Positions 1-9,280 of a stretch of DNA of 64,000 nt are shown here, piece after piece. How positions within the stretch are numbered: the stretch's first letter is position 1; each line of letters begins with the position of its first letter. A program made the translations under genes and the position numbers. A model generated the notes under the pieces. That model worked only from the letters and a program-made list of their open reading frames with translations, did no database searches and had not been told where the DNA came from. Origin of the DNA: Myxococcota bacterium (lineage in GTDB: Bacteria; Myxococcota; XYA12-FULL-58-9; JALHOP01); the NCBI GenBank assembly GCA_041288095.1, contig JBGGMJ010000182.1:861-64860 (forward strand). Reading direction: 5' to 3'.

Positions 1-789
1 CGCATCACCAGCACGGCGCTCATCTTCCGTGTTCGCATCGTCGCCTCGGGCTCGTACGTGCACGTCGTCGGCACCACCAATCCCACGACCAACGCGGCCC
101 TCGTCTACTTGCGCTCGATCGACGGTGGCGACAATTGGGAGGAGACGACGCTGGCGACGGATCTCGGTCAGTACGGTGGCGGTCAAACCGTCGCGGTCGA
201 CGGCGCTGTCGTGCACGTCGCTTACACCCAGGCCGAGGATGGTCCCGGCGGTGGGCCTACCTTCTACCGGCGCTCGACCGACAACGGTGAAAACTGGAGC
301 GCGCCGGTGCCCATCGGCGAGACCTCGCTAGAAAGCGACCGTCAGGCGCGGGTGCAGCTCAGCGCCGCGGACGGGCACGTCTTCGCCATCTGGCAACGCG
401 AGGCCCTCTACACCGGAGGGGCCGTGCCGGCCGACCGCATCGGCTATGCGACCTCCGCGAACGGCGGCGCCGCTTGGGGCTCGGCCCAGATTCTCCCCTT
501 CGACACCGGCATCGACCGCAACCACCACCACGTCTGGCTGGCCCCGGGCGGCGGCGTGCACGTCATCTGGCGCCACGGCGACAGCGGCGACACGACCGAT
601 GACCCGGCCGGCTCGCTCTCCTCAACGGACTACGGCGCTACCTGGGGGAGTCACGACTTCGCGGTCGATACGCGCGGCGTCATCGCCGGCGCCAATCACC
701 CATGGTCGGTCGTCGCCGACGATGCCGCGGTGCACGCCCTCACAGGGCCGAGCGGCGCCATGCAGTATGCGCGGCGGCCGCTCAAATAG
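1..789 (+). CDS. BNR/Asp-box repeat protein (sialidase-like beta-propeller), 5'-truncated by the window edge
   Basis: Frame 1 is open from nt 1 into the listed 58..789 ORF. It has four Asp-box-like motifs S-x-D-x-G-x-x-W (SIDGGDNWE, STDNGENWS, SANGGAAWG, STDYGATWG) spaced about 55-60 aa apart. Confidence 0.7.
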   Translation, partial: RITSTALIFRVRIVASGSYVHVVGTTNPTTNAALVYLRSIDGGDNWEETTLATDLGQYGGGQTVAVDGAVVHVAYTQAEDGPGGGPTFYRRSTDNGENWSAPVPIGETSLESDRQARVQLSAADGHVFAIWQREALYTGGAVPADRIGYATSANGGAAWGSAQILPFDTGIDRNHHHVWLAPGGGVHVIWRHGDSGDTTDDPAGSLSSTDYGATWGSHDFAVDTRGVIAGANHPWSVVADDAAVHALTGPSGAMQYARRPLK

Positions 790-1528
790 CGGCAACTGGT
801 GTCAGCTGGACGAGCCAACCAGCCTCGATACCGGCGAGCAGCCGTGCCTGGGCGGCGTCGACCTCGGCTTCCACGCGCCCGTCGAAGGTGACCTTCACGA
901 GGTAGGGCGCATCGTCGAAGCGCGGATACGAGCCGATGGCGACGGCTGGGTACGCCTTCTGCGTCGCGGTCATCAGCTCCGCTATCTTGGACTCGGGGAC
1001 ATTGAAGTAGAGCACGCGGGCGAAGAAGGTATCGCGAGCGAGCTCTGCCTCGAGGCTCGCCCAGCAGCGCTTCACCAACGCCGGCACGCCCGGGAGCACG
1101 TAGGTGTTGCGCATGCGAATGACGGGGACGAAGCCGAGGCCACCGGGCACGCTCACGGTGGCGCCGCGCGGCACCTCCGCCATCTTCAGATGCGGTGGTA
1201 GCAGCTTGTCCTTGTAGTACTGCTCGAGCAGGCCAATGAGCGTCGGGTCACGCACGACGTCGACATCGAAGGCCGCGGCGATGCCGGCGACAGTGACATC
1301 GTCATGGGTCGGGCCGACTCCGCCGGTGGTGAAAACGTAGGTGTGGGTCGAAGCGAGCTCGCGCACCGTACGGCCGATGACACCGACATCGTCACCGATG
1401 GTGCGCGTCTCGCGCGTCTCGATGCCCCGGTCGCGCAAAGCGGCGAGCAAGAAAGGGCCGTTCTCGTCGACCACTTTAGCGGACAAGACCTCCGCGCCGA
1501 TGACGACGATGGCGGCGGTCGCGCTCAT
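782..1528 (-). CDS. CinA-family / MoCF_biosynth (molybdopterin-binding fold) domain protein
   Basis: 248-aa ORF. IVVIGAEVLSAKVVDENGPFL...VFTTGGVGPTHDDVT matches the CinA N-terminal/MogA-like signature (TGGxGPTxDD). It overlaps the upstream tmk-like gene by 4 nt. Confidence 0.65.
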   Translation of the reverse strand: MSATAAIVVIGAEVLSAKVVDENGPFLLAALRDRGIETRETRTIGDDVGVIGRTVRELASTHTYVFTTGGVGPTHDDVTVAGIAAAFDVDVVRDPTLIGLLEQYYKDKLLPPHLKMAEVPRGATVSVPGGLGFVPVIRMRNTYVLPGVPALVKRCWASLEAELARDTFFARVLYFNVPESKIAELMTATQKAYPAVAIGSYPRFDDAPYLVKVTFDGRVEAEVDAAQARLLAGIEAGWLVQLTPVAAI

Positions 1529-2127
1529 CCCCGAATCAGCTCCAGGACGTGCACCAGGATCTCCTCGTGCACGGCCTCGATGCCAGCGTCGCCGTCGATG
1601 GTGACATTGGGCGCGGCGAGATGCAGCGCGTGATCGTAGCGCTGGGCGATCTGCTCCTGATGGCTCTTGGCGTCGAAGCGCTCGGCGACGCCGCCACGCG
1701 CCTTGCGCCGCTTCTCGGCGACCGGCGGACTCACCTTCACGTAAACCGTGAGATCCGCATGGCGGGCGTGCTCGTTCACCGCGCGCACGTAGTCGAGCGG
1801 GGCGATGAGCGACTGATAGGCGAGCGAGGACAATACATAGCGGTCGGTGATGACGTGCACGCCCTCGGCGAGCTTGGGAGCGATCTCGCGCGTCACGTGG
1901 TCCAGGCGGTCGGCCGCGAAGAGCGGGACCAGTGCCATGTCATCGAGCGGCTCCTCGCGGCGCAGGGCCCGGCGCAGGAGCTGGCCAATCGGTCCCTTCG
2001 AGGGCTCGGCGGTGGTGTAAACGGCCATGCCTTTGGCGGTGAGCGCCTTCGCGAGCAGCTCGCATTGCGTCGTGGTTCCAGCCCCGTCGATGCCTTCGAG
2101 CGCGATGAGCTTACCCGTCTCGGCCAT
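1525..2127 (-). CDS. tmk: thymidylate (dTMP) kinase family protein with an atypical P-loop
   Basis: 200 aa. It has LIALEGIDGAGTTTQ (P-loop region), a DRY motif (ITDRYVLSSLAYQ), and a basic LID-like patch (AEKRRKARGGVAERFD). The P-loop Lys is absent (see finding). Confidence 0.75.
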   Translation of the reverse strand: MAETGKLIALEGIDGAGTTTQCELLAKALTAKGMAVYTTAEPSKGPIGQLLRRALRREEPLDDMALVPLFAADRLDHVTREIAPKLAEGVHVITDRYVLSSLAYQSLIAPLDYVRAVNEHARHADLTVYVKVSPPVAEKRRKARGGVAERFDAKSHQEQIAQRYDHALHLAAPNVTIDGDAGIEAVHEEILVHVLELIRG

Positions 2128-2137
2128 GCATCATGCC

Positions 2138-2980
2138 TTAAGGCAGCCGAATGGTGCGCGCAAGGTCGGCCAGCGCTTGGGGGAGGCGAGGGGTGAGCCG
2201 AAGGAGGCGTGGGTCCTTCAAGCGCACGAGGCGAGCCTGTCCGACCGCCGGTACTCCCGTCTCCGTGAGGTCCAGGAGGAGCTCGGGGTTCTTCTTGAGC
2301 ATCTCTTCGCGACCGACCTCGGGGAAAGGTCCCTGAGTGATGACGTTCGCGAGCCCGATGGTAGCGACCGCGCCGTCGATGAAGCTTCCTTTGCCCGCGG
2401 CAACCAGGGGGCGATCAGCCACCAGGATCAGGGTGCGCAGGGGCTTCTCCTTGGCGGCGCGCTGCTTCACCTCGGCGAGCGCCTTGTCGAAGCCTTCGAT
2501 GACGTCGCGGCCGCGCTGGGTATCGCCAGTGGCTTCCGCTATGGCGGACACGGCGGGCGCTAGATCCACGAGGGTGTCGCTCGGCACCACCAAGACCGAG
2601 AGGCCGAGTTGACCCAGCCGCTCGAATGCCTGCTCGACGCTGTTCGACCTGATGGCGACCACGAGGTCGGGCTTCGCGGCCAAGACCGCCTCGACGTTCA
2701 GGTCGAGGACGCCCCCTAGCTTTCCCAGCTTTGCGACCTCGGGCGGGTAGTCGCAGTAGCGGGTCACGGCCACGACCCGCGAGCCTGCCCCGATGGCGAA
2801 GAGGATCTCGGTCGTCGAAGGCGTTAGCGAGACGATACGGACCGGTTTGTCCTTGGCAGGGGGGCCGTACCAGCGGGGGCCCTCGGTATGCGCGCGTGTG
2901 GGCACGGCGAAACCGAGCAGGGCGATCAAAATCACCCAGCGACTCGCCTTGCTCACCCTAGTCACGGCCGTTAGACTCAC
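2138..2980 (-). CDS. ABC-transporter periplasmic substrate-binding protein (BtuF/siderophore-cobalamin type)
   Basis: 280 aa with an N-terminal signal-like hydrophobic segment. RIVSLTPSTTEILFAIGAGSRVVAVTRYCDYPPEV is typical of the PBP type-8 (Peripla_BP_2) family. Confidence 0.7.
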   Translation of the reverse strand: MSLTAVTRVSKASRWVILIALLGFAVPTRAHTEGPRWYGPPAKDKPVRIVSLTPSTTEILFAIGAGSRVVAVTRYCDYPPEVAKLGKLGGVLDLNVEAVLAAKPDLVVAIRSNSVEQAFERLGQLGLSVLVVPSDTLVDLAPAVSAIAEATGDTQRGRDVIEGFDKALAEVKQRAAKEKPLRTLILVADRPLVAAGKGSFIDGAVATIGLANVITQGPFPEVGREEMLKKNPELLLDLTETGVPAVGQARLVRLKDPRLLRLTPRLPQALADLARTIRLP

Positions 2981-2997
2981 CTGGCTTCGTCTTTCTC

Positions 2998-3579
2998 ATG
3001 CGTGACCTCGGCATCAAACACCTCGTGACCTTCTACGGCGCGACCCTGGCAGTGGCCATGGCGTTCTTGATCGCGCGTGGTCATCTCGAGACCCTCATTC
3101 CCGAGCCGCGTTTCATGAGCTGGTTTGGGAGCATCGCCGGCGGCCTCGCCGTGGGCGGCGTCATGGTCGTCCTGTCGCGCCTGTCGACCGCCAAGTTCGC
3201 CTGGGCCGCGAACCTCGCCGACGAGTTTCGTAGCGTTCTCGCCGGTGTCGAGCGTCGGGGCGTGCTTCCCGTCGCCTTGTTCAGTGCCCTGGCCGAAGAG
3301 GCCCTGTTTCGTGGCTTGCTGCAGCCGAGCCTCGGACTCTGGCTCACCGCGGCAATTTTCGGCGTTTTGCACATCGGCCCGACCCCGCGCTTCGCTCCGT
3401 GGACCGTCATGGCCTTCGGGGCTGGGCTGCTCTTCGGCGGCCTGTTCGCCTGGAGCGGCAACATCGTCGCGCCTTTTCTCGCTCACTTCTTCGTCAACTA
3501 CCTGAACCTCCGCTACCTCGTGCCCCACACCCGCCGCGCCTTGCAGATGGCGCAGCTTCGCGGATTTGCGGGGCTCTAA
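2998..3579 (+). CDS. CPBP-family intramembrane glutamic endopeptidase (CAAX protease/Abi)
   Basis: 193-aa polytopic membrane protein with EEALFRGLLQ (motif 1) and GVLH / HFFVNY (His motifs), characteristic of the CPBP family. Confidence 0.75.
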   Translation: MRDLGIKHLVTFYGATLAVAMAFLIARGHLETLIPEPRFMSWFGSIAGGLAVGGVMVVLSRLSTAKFAWAANLADEFRSVLAGVERRGVLPVALFSALAEEALFRGLLQPSLGLWLTAAIFGVLHIGPTPRFAPWTVMAFGAGLLFGGLFAWSGNIVAPFLAHFFVNYLNLRYLVPHTRRALQMAQLRGFAGL

Positions 3580-3615
3580 CTGGTACGCACGGGGGCGGTT
3601 CTACTGCTGGTCTCG

Positions 3616-4632
3616 ATGGCGGCTCCCGCGCAGGCGGCCGACTGGTGGTTCTTCAAGTCGCACGCTCAGCGGCTCGTCGAAGATGCCCAGGAAGCCCGAC
3701 GCGACGGTAACTACGAGCGCGCCGAGGAATTGCTGGGTGCCGCCGAGCGCGAGCTCGACAAGCCGTTGCCCGCTATAGCGTACGAACGCGGTCTCATCGC
3801 GCGCGACCACGGCAAACAGGACCAGGCGCTCGAGCTCCTCACCCGTGCCGCGGACGGTGACCCCGAGTCCGACGCGCGCATCGACGCCGCCAGCGTCTTG
3901 GTGGAGCTTGGCCGCTGGCCCGACGCCGTCGCCGCCTTGCGCCAGGCCGCCGACGAGCGTGGCAGCAGCTTTCCGGTCGAAGCCCTGAGCAACGACGCTC
4001 GCTTCGCCAAGCTCCGCAGCTTTCAGCCGTATCAGGAGCTCATCGACCAGGCTCGCATCGAGCAGGCCGGGCCGATTGGCAGGATGCTCCTGCGTCTCGA
4101 GCGGCTCGAGGAATCCGCGCGCAGCATCCGGGAGACCTTCGATGAGCTGGCCCTCGCCATTCGCTTCGTCTCGCGCATCTTCGACGCGGTTTCGGCCTCC
4201 CTCGTCGCCTTCGTGCTCCTCGGGCTGCTCATCACCTCCGGCGTGAAGCAGCTCGGGCTCTTGCAGGCGCCATGGACCTTGGTGCTCGGCATGCTCGTCA
4301 CCAGCCTCTTGTGGTCGTGGGGCGCGCGCGTGGCTACCTTGGGCGAGTCGCGCGGGGGTGGCACCATCATCGCCGGGATTGGCGTCGTCTTCATCCCCTG
4401 GCTCGCGGTGGCTGTCGGGCGTTTACTCGTGCAGCGGTTCGTCGAGCGGCGCACGGGTCCATTCGCGGCGCGCGAGTTGCCGACGACCCTTGCCCTCATC
4501 GACGAAGTGGCGCGGACCGGGCGCCGGCTCTTGACCGCTTCAGCGGAGGAGAAGACCCGAGCCGAAGACGAGCTGGTCGCCGCGAAGCGGGCTCTTTACG
4601 CTCGCCTCGGCGTGGGATCGTGGCCAAGATAG
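3616..4632 (+). CDS. TPR-like N-terminal domain membrane protein (hypothetical)
   Basis: 338 aa. The N-terminal helical/TPR-like region (NYERAEELLGAAE...QALELLTRAADGDP) is followed by 3-4 hydrophobic helices. The start is uncertain: the upstream in-frame stop is at 3577-3579. Confidence 0.5.
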   Translation: MAAPAQAADWWFFKSHAQRLVEDAQEARRDGNYERAEELLGAAERELDKPLPAIAYERGLIARDHGKQDQALELLTRAADGDPESDARIDAASVLVELGRWPDAVAALRQAADERGSSFPVEALSNDARFAKLRSFQPYQELIDQARIEQAGPIGRMLLRLERLEESARSIRETFDELALAIRFVSRIFDAVSASLVAFVLLGLLITSGVKQLGLLQAPWTLVLGMLVTSLLWSWGARVATLGESRGGGTIIAGIGVVFIPWLAVAVGRLLVQRFVERRTGPFAARELPTTLALIDEVARTGRRLLTASAEEKTRAEDELVAAKRALYARLGVGSWPR

Positions 4633-4669
4633 CGCTTGTGCCGGTGCTAATAGACTGCATAAGACGCGC

Positions 4670-6160
4670 GTGTTGCTGAGCCTGACCTCATGCGCGCTAG
4701 CCATGCTGCTGGCGCAGGTCGCCGAAGAGCCGGCGCCCGCCGAACCCGAGCTGGGACCCCGGGAAGAGCGTCGCCTCGATCTCACGCAAGTGACCGACGA
4801 GCCCAGCGCCGCCGACGTCCAAGGCGAGCCCACGGCCGACCAAGCCGACGGGCAGAGCGTGCGCGAGGACGAGACCAACGAGCTCCTGTGGGTGCCCCGC
4901 GTCATCCTTTTTCCGGTGCGAATGGTCTACGAAGTACCCGGTCAAGCGCTCAAAGGGACATTCTGGTTGGTCGAGCGCTATCGCGTTCAAGACGTCTACC
5001 AGCAGATCTTTTTCAACGAAGACGGCACCTTCGGCATCTTCCCGACGGCCTTGTTCGAGACCGGGTTCGGCCTCAACGTCGGCGCGCGGTTGATCTACCG
5101 CAACATCTTCGGCCACGGTGAGAGCCTGAGCGTCCGTGCCGGTTATGGCGGACAGTTCCGACAAACATTGCTCGGCCAGTTCCAGAGCGGGGCGCTCTTC
5201 GGGAGCCGCTTCCGCCTCGAGCTGCTCGGCGGCAACGACGCGCGGCCACGCGCCCGCTTCTTCGGTATCGGCAACGCCGGCGACATCGACGTGCCACCGC
5301 CGACCTTGCCTATCGACCCCATCGACCAGGACTTCGCGCTGAACTCGCGCTACTCGGAGCAACGCACCCGCGCGCAGGCCGACCTGCGCTTCTTCTTCAC
5401 CAAGCGGCTGTCCGCGACCGCGGGCATGGGTTGGTTGGTTCAATCGTTCGGGAGCTGCGCCGGCTGTCAGGACGCCGATGAGCTCGCCGACGTGTCCGAG
5501 CGCCAGAGTGTCAACATCAAGGACGTCTACGACACGGCGGCGCTCGTCGGCTTCAACCAGGGCTTGTCGAGTCTCACCGGCAGCGTCGCGCTCTCCTACG
5601 ACTCGCGCGAGCCGGCGAACGACTTCATCCCGAAACCCACGCCATCGCGTGGCTGGCGCGCCAACGTGTTCGGTGGTCGCACCTTCGGCTTCTACGACGA
5701 CCCGTCGCGCTTCACGCGAATCGGCGGTGACCTGACGCGCGTCTTCAACATCTTTCGCGGCGATCGCACTCTCACTTTGCGCGCGTACTACGAGACCGTG
5801 ATCGGCCGCATTCGCGACATCCCGTTCGTTGCCTATCCGCAGCTCGGCGGCAACTTCGTGCTGCGTGCCGAGCAGATCGGCCGCTACCGCGACCGCAATG
5901 TGGCGTCCGTGTCGGCGGAGTACATGTGGTCACTCAACAAGAACCTCTCGTCATTCGTGTTCATCGATGGCGGCCGTGTCTGGCGTGACATCCACGAGAT
6001 CCAGTTCAAGGACACCCACTTGGGTGGCGGCTTCGGCATCCAGGCGCACACGATGAAGACGTTTTTGCTGCGCATGATGGTCGGCTACAACGGCAACCAG
6101 GCGCGGCTCGCGGTCAGCGTCGATCCTCTCTACGACATCGCGCCTCGGGCGGAGTGGTGA
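4670..6160 (+). CDS. outer-membrane beta-barrel protein, Omp85/surface-antigen-like (hypothetical)
   Basis: 496 aa with a signal-like N-terminus and an acidic/Pro-rich linker. This is followed by alternating beta-strand-type sequence rich in G/Y/F/R (GFGLNVGARLIYRNIFG..., GGGFGIQAH...). No POTRA domain is recognised by eye. Confidence 0.5.
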   Translation: MLLSLTSCALAMLLAQVAEEPAPAEPELGPREERRLDLTQVTDEPSAADVQGEPTADQADGQSVREDETNELLWVPRVILFPVRMVYEVPGQALKGTFWLVERYRVQDVYQQIFFNEDGTFGIFPTALFETGFGLNVGARLIYRNIFGHGESLSVRAGYGGQFRQTLLGQFQSGALFGSRFRLELLGGNDARPRARFFGIGNAGDIDVPPPTLPIDPIDQDFALNSRYSEQRTRAQADLRFFFTKRLSATAGMGWLVQSFGSCAGCQDADELADVSERQSVNIKDVYDTAALVGFNQGLSSLTGSVALSYDSREPANDFIPKPTPSRGWRANVFGGRTFGFYDDPSRFTRIGGDLTRVFNIFRGDRTLTLRAYYETVIGRIRDIPFVAYPQLGGNFVLRAEQIGRYRDRNVASVSAEYMWSLNKNLSSFVFIDGGRVWRDIHEIQFKDTHLGGGFGIQAHTMKTFLLRMMVGYNGNQARLAVSVDPLYDIAPRAEW

Positions 6161-8070
6161 TGCGGCAATTCTTTCGCCTCGCCAAGGGCGAGGCTAGCGG
6201 TCGTGTTCCGGAGAACAAGCCGGAACACGACGCCTGCTTTGCAGTGCACCAATCACGCCTGTTGCGGCAACGAAACGGCTCCGAGCGGGGGGTGGAAGAC
6301 ATCGTTGCGCAAACCCGAAGTGTCGGCTCTGCCGATGGGTTCTCCCGTCTTGTCCCAAAAGCGTCGCCCCGCTCTACGCTAGTTTCCATCCGGCTGGTCC
6401 TCTGCGGCGAGGTACTGCTCATCGCTCTCGCCGCCGCCTGCGCCCATGACCACGTCGGCCCGGTCCGCTTTCACGACCGTGAGGTCGTAACGCGCGTCGA
6501 TGACCGCAAGGACACGCCCGAGCCCGAAGCACATGACGAGACGCTCATGCCGTACTACCTCGACGCGTTCCTGGTGCGGCGCTTCACCCGCTGGACCGAG
6601 CTGCGTGACACCAAGCGGGCGCTGAACGTCAACGCGATGGACGAGGTGCCGGACTCGACGTGGTACGTGAACCGCGTTGCCGCTCGCGACGTCACGCCCG
6701 AGGAGATCCGCCGTGGTCCCGGTGACGGCCACACGCCCGAGATCTACAAGCCGTGGGCGGTGAAGCGGCTCAAGGTAGGAGGCACCGCGGTCGGCTTCGT
6801 GGTGGAGGACCGCAGCGGCTTCCAGTTCCTGCTCAAGTTCGACACCAAGGGCTATCCGGAGATGGAGACCAGCGCCGACGTCATCGTGCAGCGCTTGTTC
6901 TGGACCCTCGGTTTCAACGTTCCGGACGACGAGGTCGTGACCTTCTCCCGGCAAGAGCTGGTGCTTCACCCGGATGCGAAGAAGCGCGACCCCTTCGGGA
7001 AGGATCAAGCGCTCACAGACGCCGACATCGACGACGAGCTGGCGCGCGTGGACCTCGGTCCCGATGGACGCTATCGCGCACAGGTCAGCGGCTTCTTGCC
7101 TGGAAAGATCCTCGGCGGCTGGCCTGTCGAGGGCGTCCGTGACGACGACCTCAACGACCGAGTGCCGCACCAGCATCGCCGTGAAGTGCGGGCTAGCCAG
7201 CTCTTCTACGCGTGGGTGTCCGGGGTCGACGTCAAGAAGATGAACACGCTCGATGCGTGGGTGGAGGATCCGCAAGACCCTTCGATTCACTACGTGAAGC
7301 ACTACTTCGTCGACTTCGGAAAGTCGCTCGGCGTCTGGCGCGACGAGCTGCGTATGCCCTACGAAGGGTGGGCAACCGTCGCGGATTTCTCCCAGATGGG
7401 CCACTCGCTCGTCACCTTGGGCTTCGGCGACCGTCCGTGGGAGCGGATGAGCTACCCGAATATCCGCGGCGTCGGCTGGTTCGAGTCCGAGGTCTTCGAC
7501 CCCGACGAGTTCGTGCCCGCCTATCCTTACTATCCGCACACGCAAATGGACCGCACCGATGGCTTCTGGGCGGCGAAGATCATCATGCGCTTCTCGGCCG
7601 ATCAGATCCGGGCGGCCGTCGAGTCTGGCCACTATAGCGATCAGAGAGCGACGGACTACGTCACCAAGACCCTCATCGAGCGCCAGCGCAAGATTGGCTC
7701 GACCTGGTTCCGTAGAGTGACGCCGCTCGACGGCATTCGCGTCTCGGCCGACGGCCAGCAGCTCTGCTTCGATGACTTGTTGGTGCGCTACGAGCTGGCG
7801 CACGGCGACACCACCTACCGCGCCCAGGCATTCGACGCCCACGGCAAGCCCACCGGATGGCGGTCCGAAGCCAAGCGCGGTGCGAAGAGCGAGGTCGTCT
7901 GCATGCGCGACCTCACGCTCTCGTCGGACGGCTACACCATCGTCGAGCTCATCGTCAGCCGAAGTGACCGCCGCGACGGCGAAGACTTGAAGCCAATCCT
8001 CGTGCACCTCGGCGGCAGCAAGGCCGACGACGTTCATGTCATCGGCCTACGACGCGAGTACGACGACTAG
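6154..8070 (+). CDS. hypothetical protein, probable lipoprotein (start uncertain)
   Basis: Long ORF with ordinary amino-acid diversity. An internal lipobox-like segment (LLIALAAAC) suggests the true start is downstream, for example the in-frame GTG at 6292. It overlaps the preceding gene by 7 nt. The antisense 552-aa ORF was rejected. Confidence 0.5.
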   Translation: MVMRQFFRLAKGEASGRVPENKPEHDACFAVHQSRLLRQRNGSERGVEDIVAQTRSVGSADGFSRLVPKASPRSTLVSIRLVLCGEVLLIALAAACAHDHVGPVRFHDREVVTRVDDRKDTPEPEAHDETLMPYYLDAFLVRRFTRWTELRDTKRALNVNAMDEVPDSTWYVNRVAARDVTPEEIRRGPGDGHTPEIYKPWAVKRLKVGGTAVGFVVEDRSGFQFLLKFDTKGYPEMETSADVIVQRLFWTLGFNVPDDEVVTFSRQELVLHPDAKKRDPFGKDQALTDADIDDELARVDLGPDGRYRAQVSGFLPGKILGGWPVEGVRDDDLNDRVPHQHRREVRASQLFYAWVSGVDVKKMNTLDAWVEDPQDPSIHYVKHYFVDFGKSLGVWRDELRMPYEGWATVADFSQMGHSLVTLGFGDRPWERMSYPNIRGVGWFESEVFDPDEFVPAYPYYPHTQMDRTDGFWAAKIIMRFSADQIRAAVESGHYSDQRATDYVTKTLIERQRKIGSTWFRRVTPLDGIRVSADGQQLCFDDLLVRYELAHGDTTYRAQAFDAHGKPTGWRSEAKRGAKSEVVCMRDLTLSSDGYTIVELIVSRSDRRDGEDLKPILVHLGGSKADDVHVIGLRREYDD

Positions 8071-8077
8071 CGACTAG

Positions 8078-9280
8078 CTACTTCTTCACCGGCGTCGCGT
8101 CGGCGCTGTGCAGGGCGACCGTCACGGTGGTGCCGCGGCCTGGCTCGCTCTCGAGCTTGAATATGCCCTGCGCGCCTTCGATCAAGCGCCGGCATTGCAT
8201 GACGCCTAGGCCGGTGCCTTCCGCGCGCGTGGAGTAGAAGGGCGTGCCGACCTTGCGAAGCTGTTCCGGAGTCATGCCCGGACCGTCATCGATGACGGCA
8301 AACCGGATCATGTCGTCCATTTCGTAGGCGCGCACGATGACGCGGCCGCCGACTTCCTTGCGCTGGCTCAGGGCGTGAGCCGCGTTGGCGATCACGTTGA
8401 TGAGCACCTGCGTGAGCTCGACCGACCCGATGCGCACGTTCGGCAAGCTCATCGGTCCGTCATAACTGACGACACCGCGAGCCTGGACGGCGATGTCGCG
8501 GCAAACCGCCATGGCGTAGCGGATGACCGCCAGCGGCTCGGTGCTCTTTTGCTCGTTGCTCGACGGTTTGAGCAAGCGTCGCACACTGCTGGTGAGACCG
8601 AGGATGACGTTGCAACCCTCGAGTATGTCGTTGGCGATTTCGGGGAGCTCTTTGGCCAGATCCGCCGATTGTGAGCGCTGCGTGTCGGTGGCGCTGTGGC
8701 CGGGCCCCTGGACGAAGTCGCGCAACGAGGTGGCGGACTCGGAGAGCTGCTTGAGCCGCTGCGCGTTGGTCATCAAGTAGGAGAGGGGTTGATTGATGTC
8801 GTGGATGACCGCGGCGTGAATGCTGCCCAAGGTGACCAGACGCTCGGTCTGCACCAGGCGGAGCTGCAGCGCATGGTTGTTGCGGCCCATCATGAAGGCC
8901 TGCATCGACCACGTGAGGAGCTGCTCGAGCTCGATGCGATCCCAGGGCTTGACGATGTAACGCGAGACCAAGCCCTCGTTCACCGCTCGCAATAGCACAT
9001 CGAGATCGCTGTAGGCCGTGATGACGATGCGGACGATCTCGGGGTAGAGCTCTTTGACGCGAATGAGCAGATCGTTGCCGCTCATGCCCGGCATCCGCTG
9101 GTCTGTCACCAGGACGCCGACCGTCTCGGTCTTGAGCAGCTCGAGCGCTTCTTGCGCCGAGGTGCAGACCTTGATGCGGAACGCCTTCGTGAACGACTGC
9201 TCGAAGACGACACGGTTTGCCCGCTCGTCGTCGACATAGAGGATGCAGGGCGGTGCGGCGTTCGATGCAACTGAGCTCAT
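8078..9280 (-). CDS. hybrid response regulator-histidine kinase (REC-HisKA-HATPase)
   Basis: N-terminal receiver (ILYVDDERANR...VTDQRMPGMSG...YIVKPWD), H-box (AAVIHDINQPLSYL), and ATPase N/G boxes (NVIANAAHAL, DDGPGM, GTGLGV). Confidence 0.85.
   Translation of the reverse strand: MSSVASNAAPPCILYVDDERANRVVFEQSFTKAFRIKVCTSAQEALELLKTETVGVLVTDQRMPGMSGNDLLIRVKELYPEIVRIVITAYSDLDVLLRAVNEGLVSRYIVKPWDRIELEQLLTWSMQAFMMGRNNHALQLRLVQTERLVTLGSIHAAVIHDINQPLSYLMTNAQRLKQLSESATSLRDFVQGPGHSATDTQRSQSADLAKELPEIANDILEGCNVILGLTSSVRRLLKPSSNEQKSTEPLAVIRYAMAVCRDIAVQARGVVSYDGPMSLPNVRIGSVELTQVLINVIANAAHALSQRKEVGGRVIVRAYEMDDMIRFAVIDDGPGMTPEQLRKVGTPFYSTRAEGTGLGVMQCRRLIEGAQGIFKLESEPGRGTTVTVALHSADATPVKK

Noticed and set aside
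6379-8037. 552-aa ORF on the minus strand
   Set aside because: It is exactly antisense to the 638-aa plus-strand ORF. Its composition is dominated by Arg/Ala/Val/Asp/Gly/His runs (…VVRHERLVMCFGLGRV…), typical of shadow ORFs in GC-rich DNA. The plus-strand product has normal residue diversity (W, Y, F, K, N, Q).
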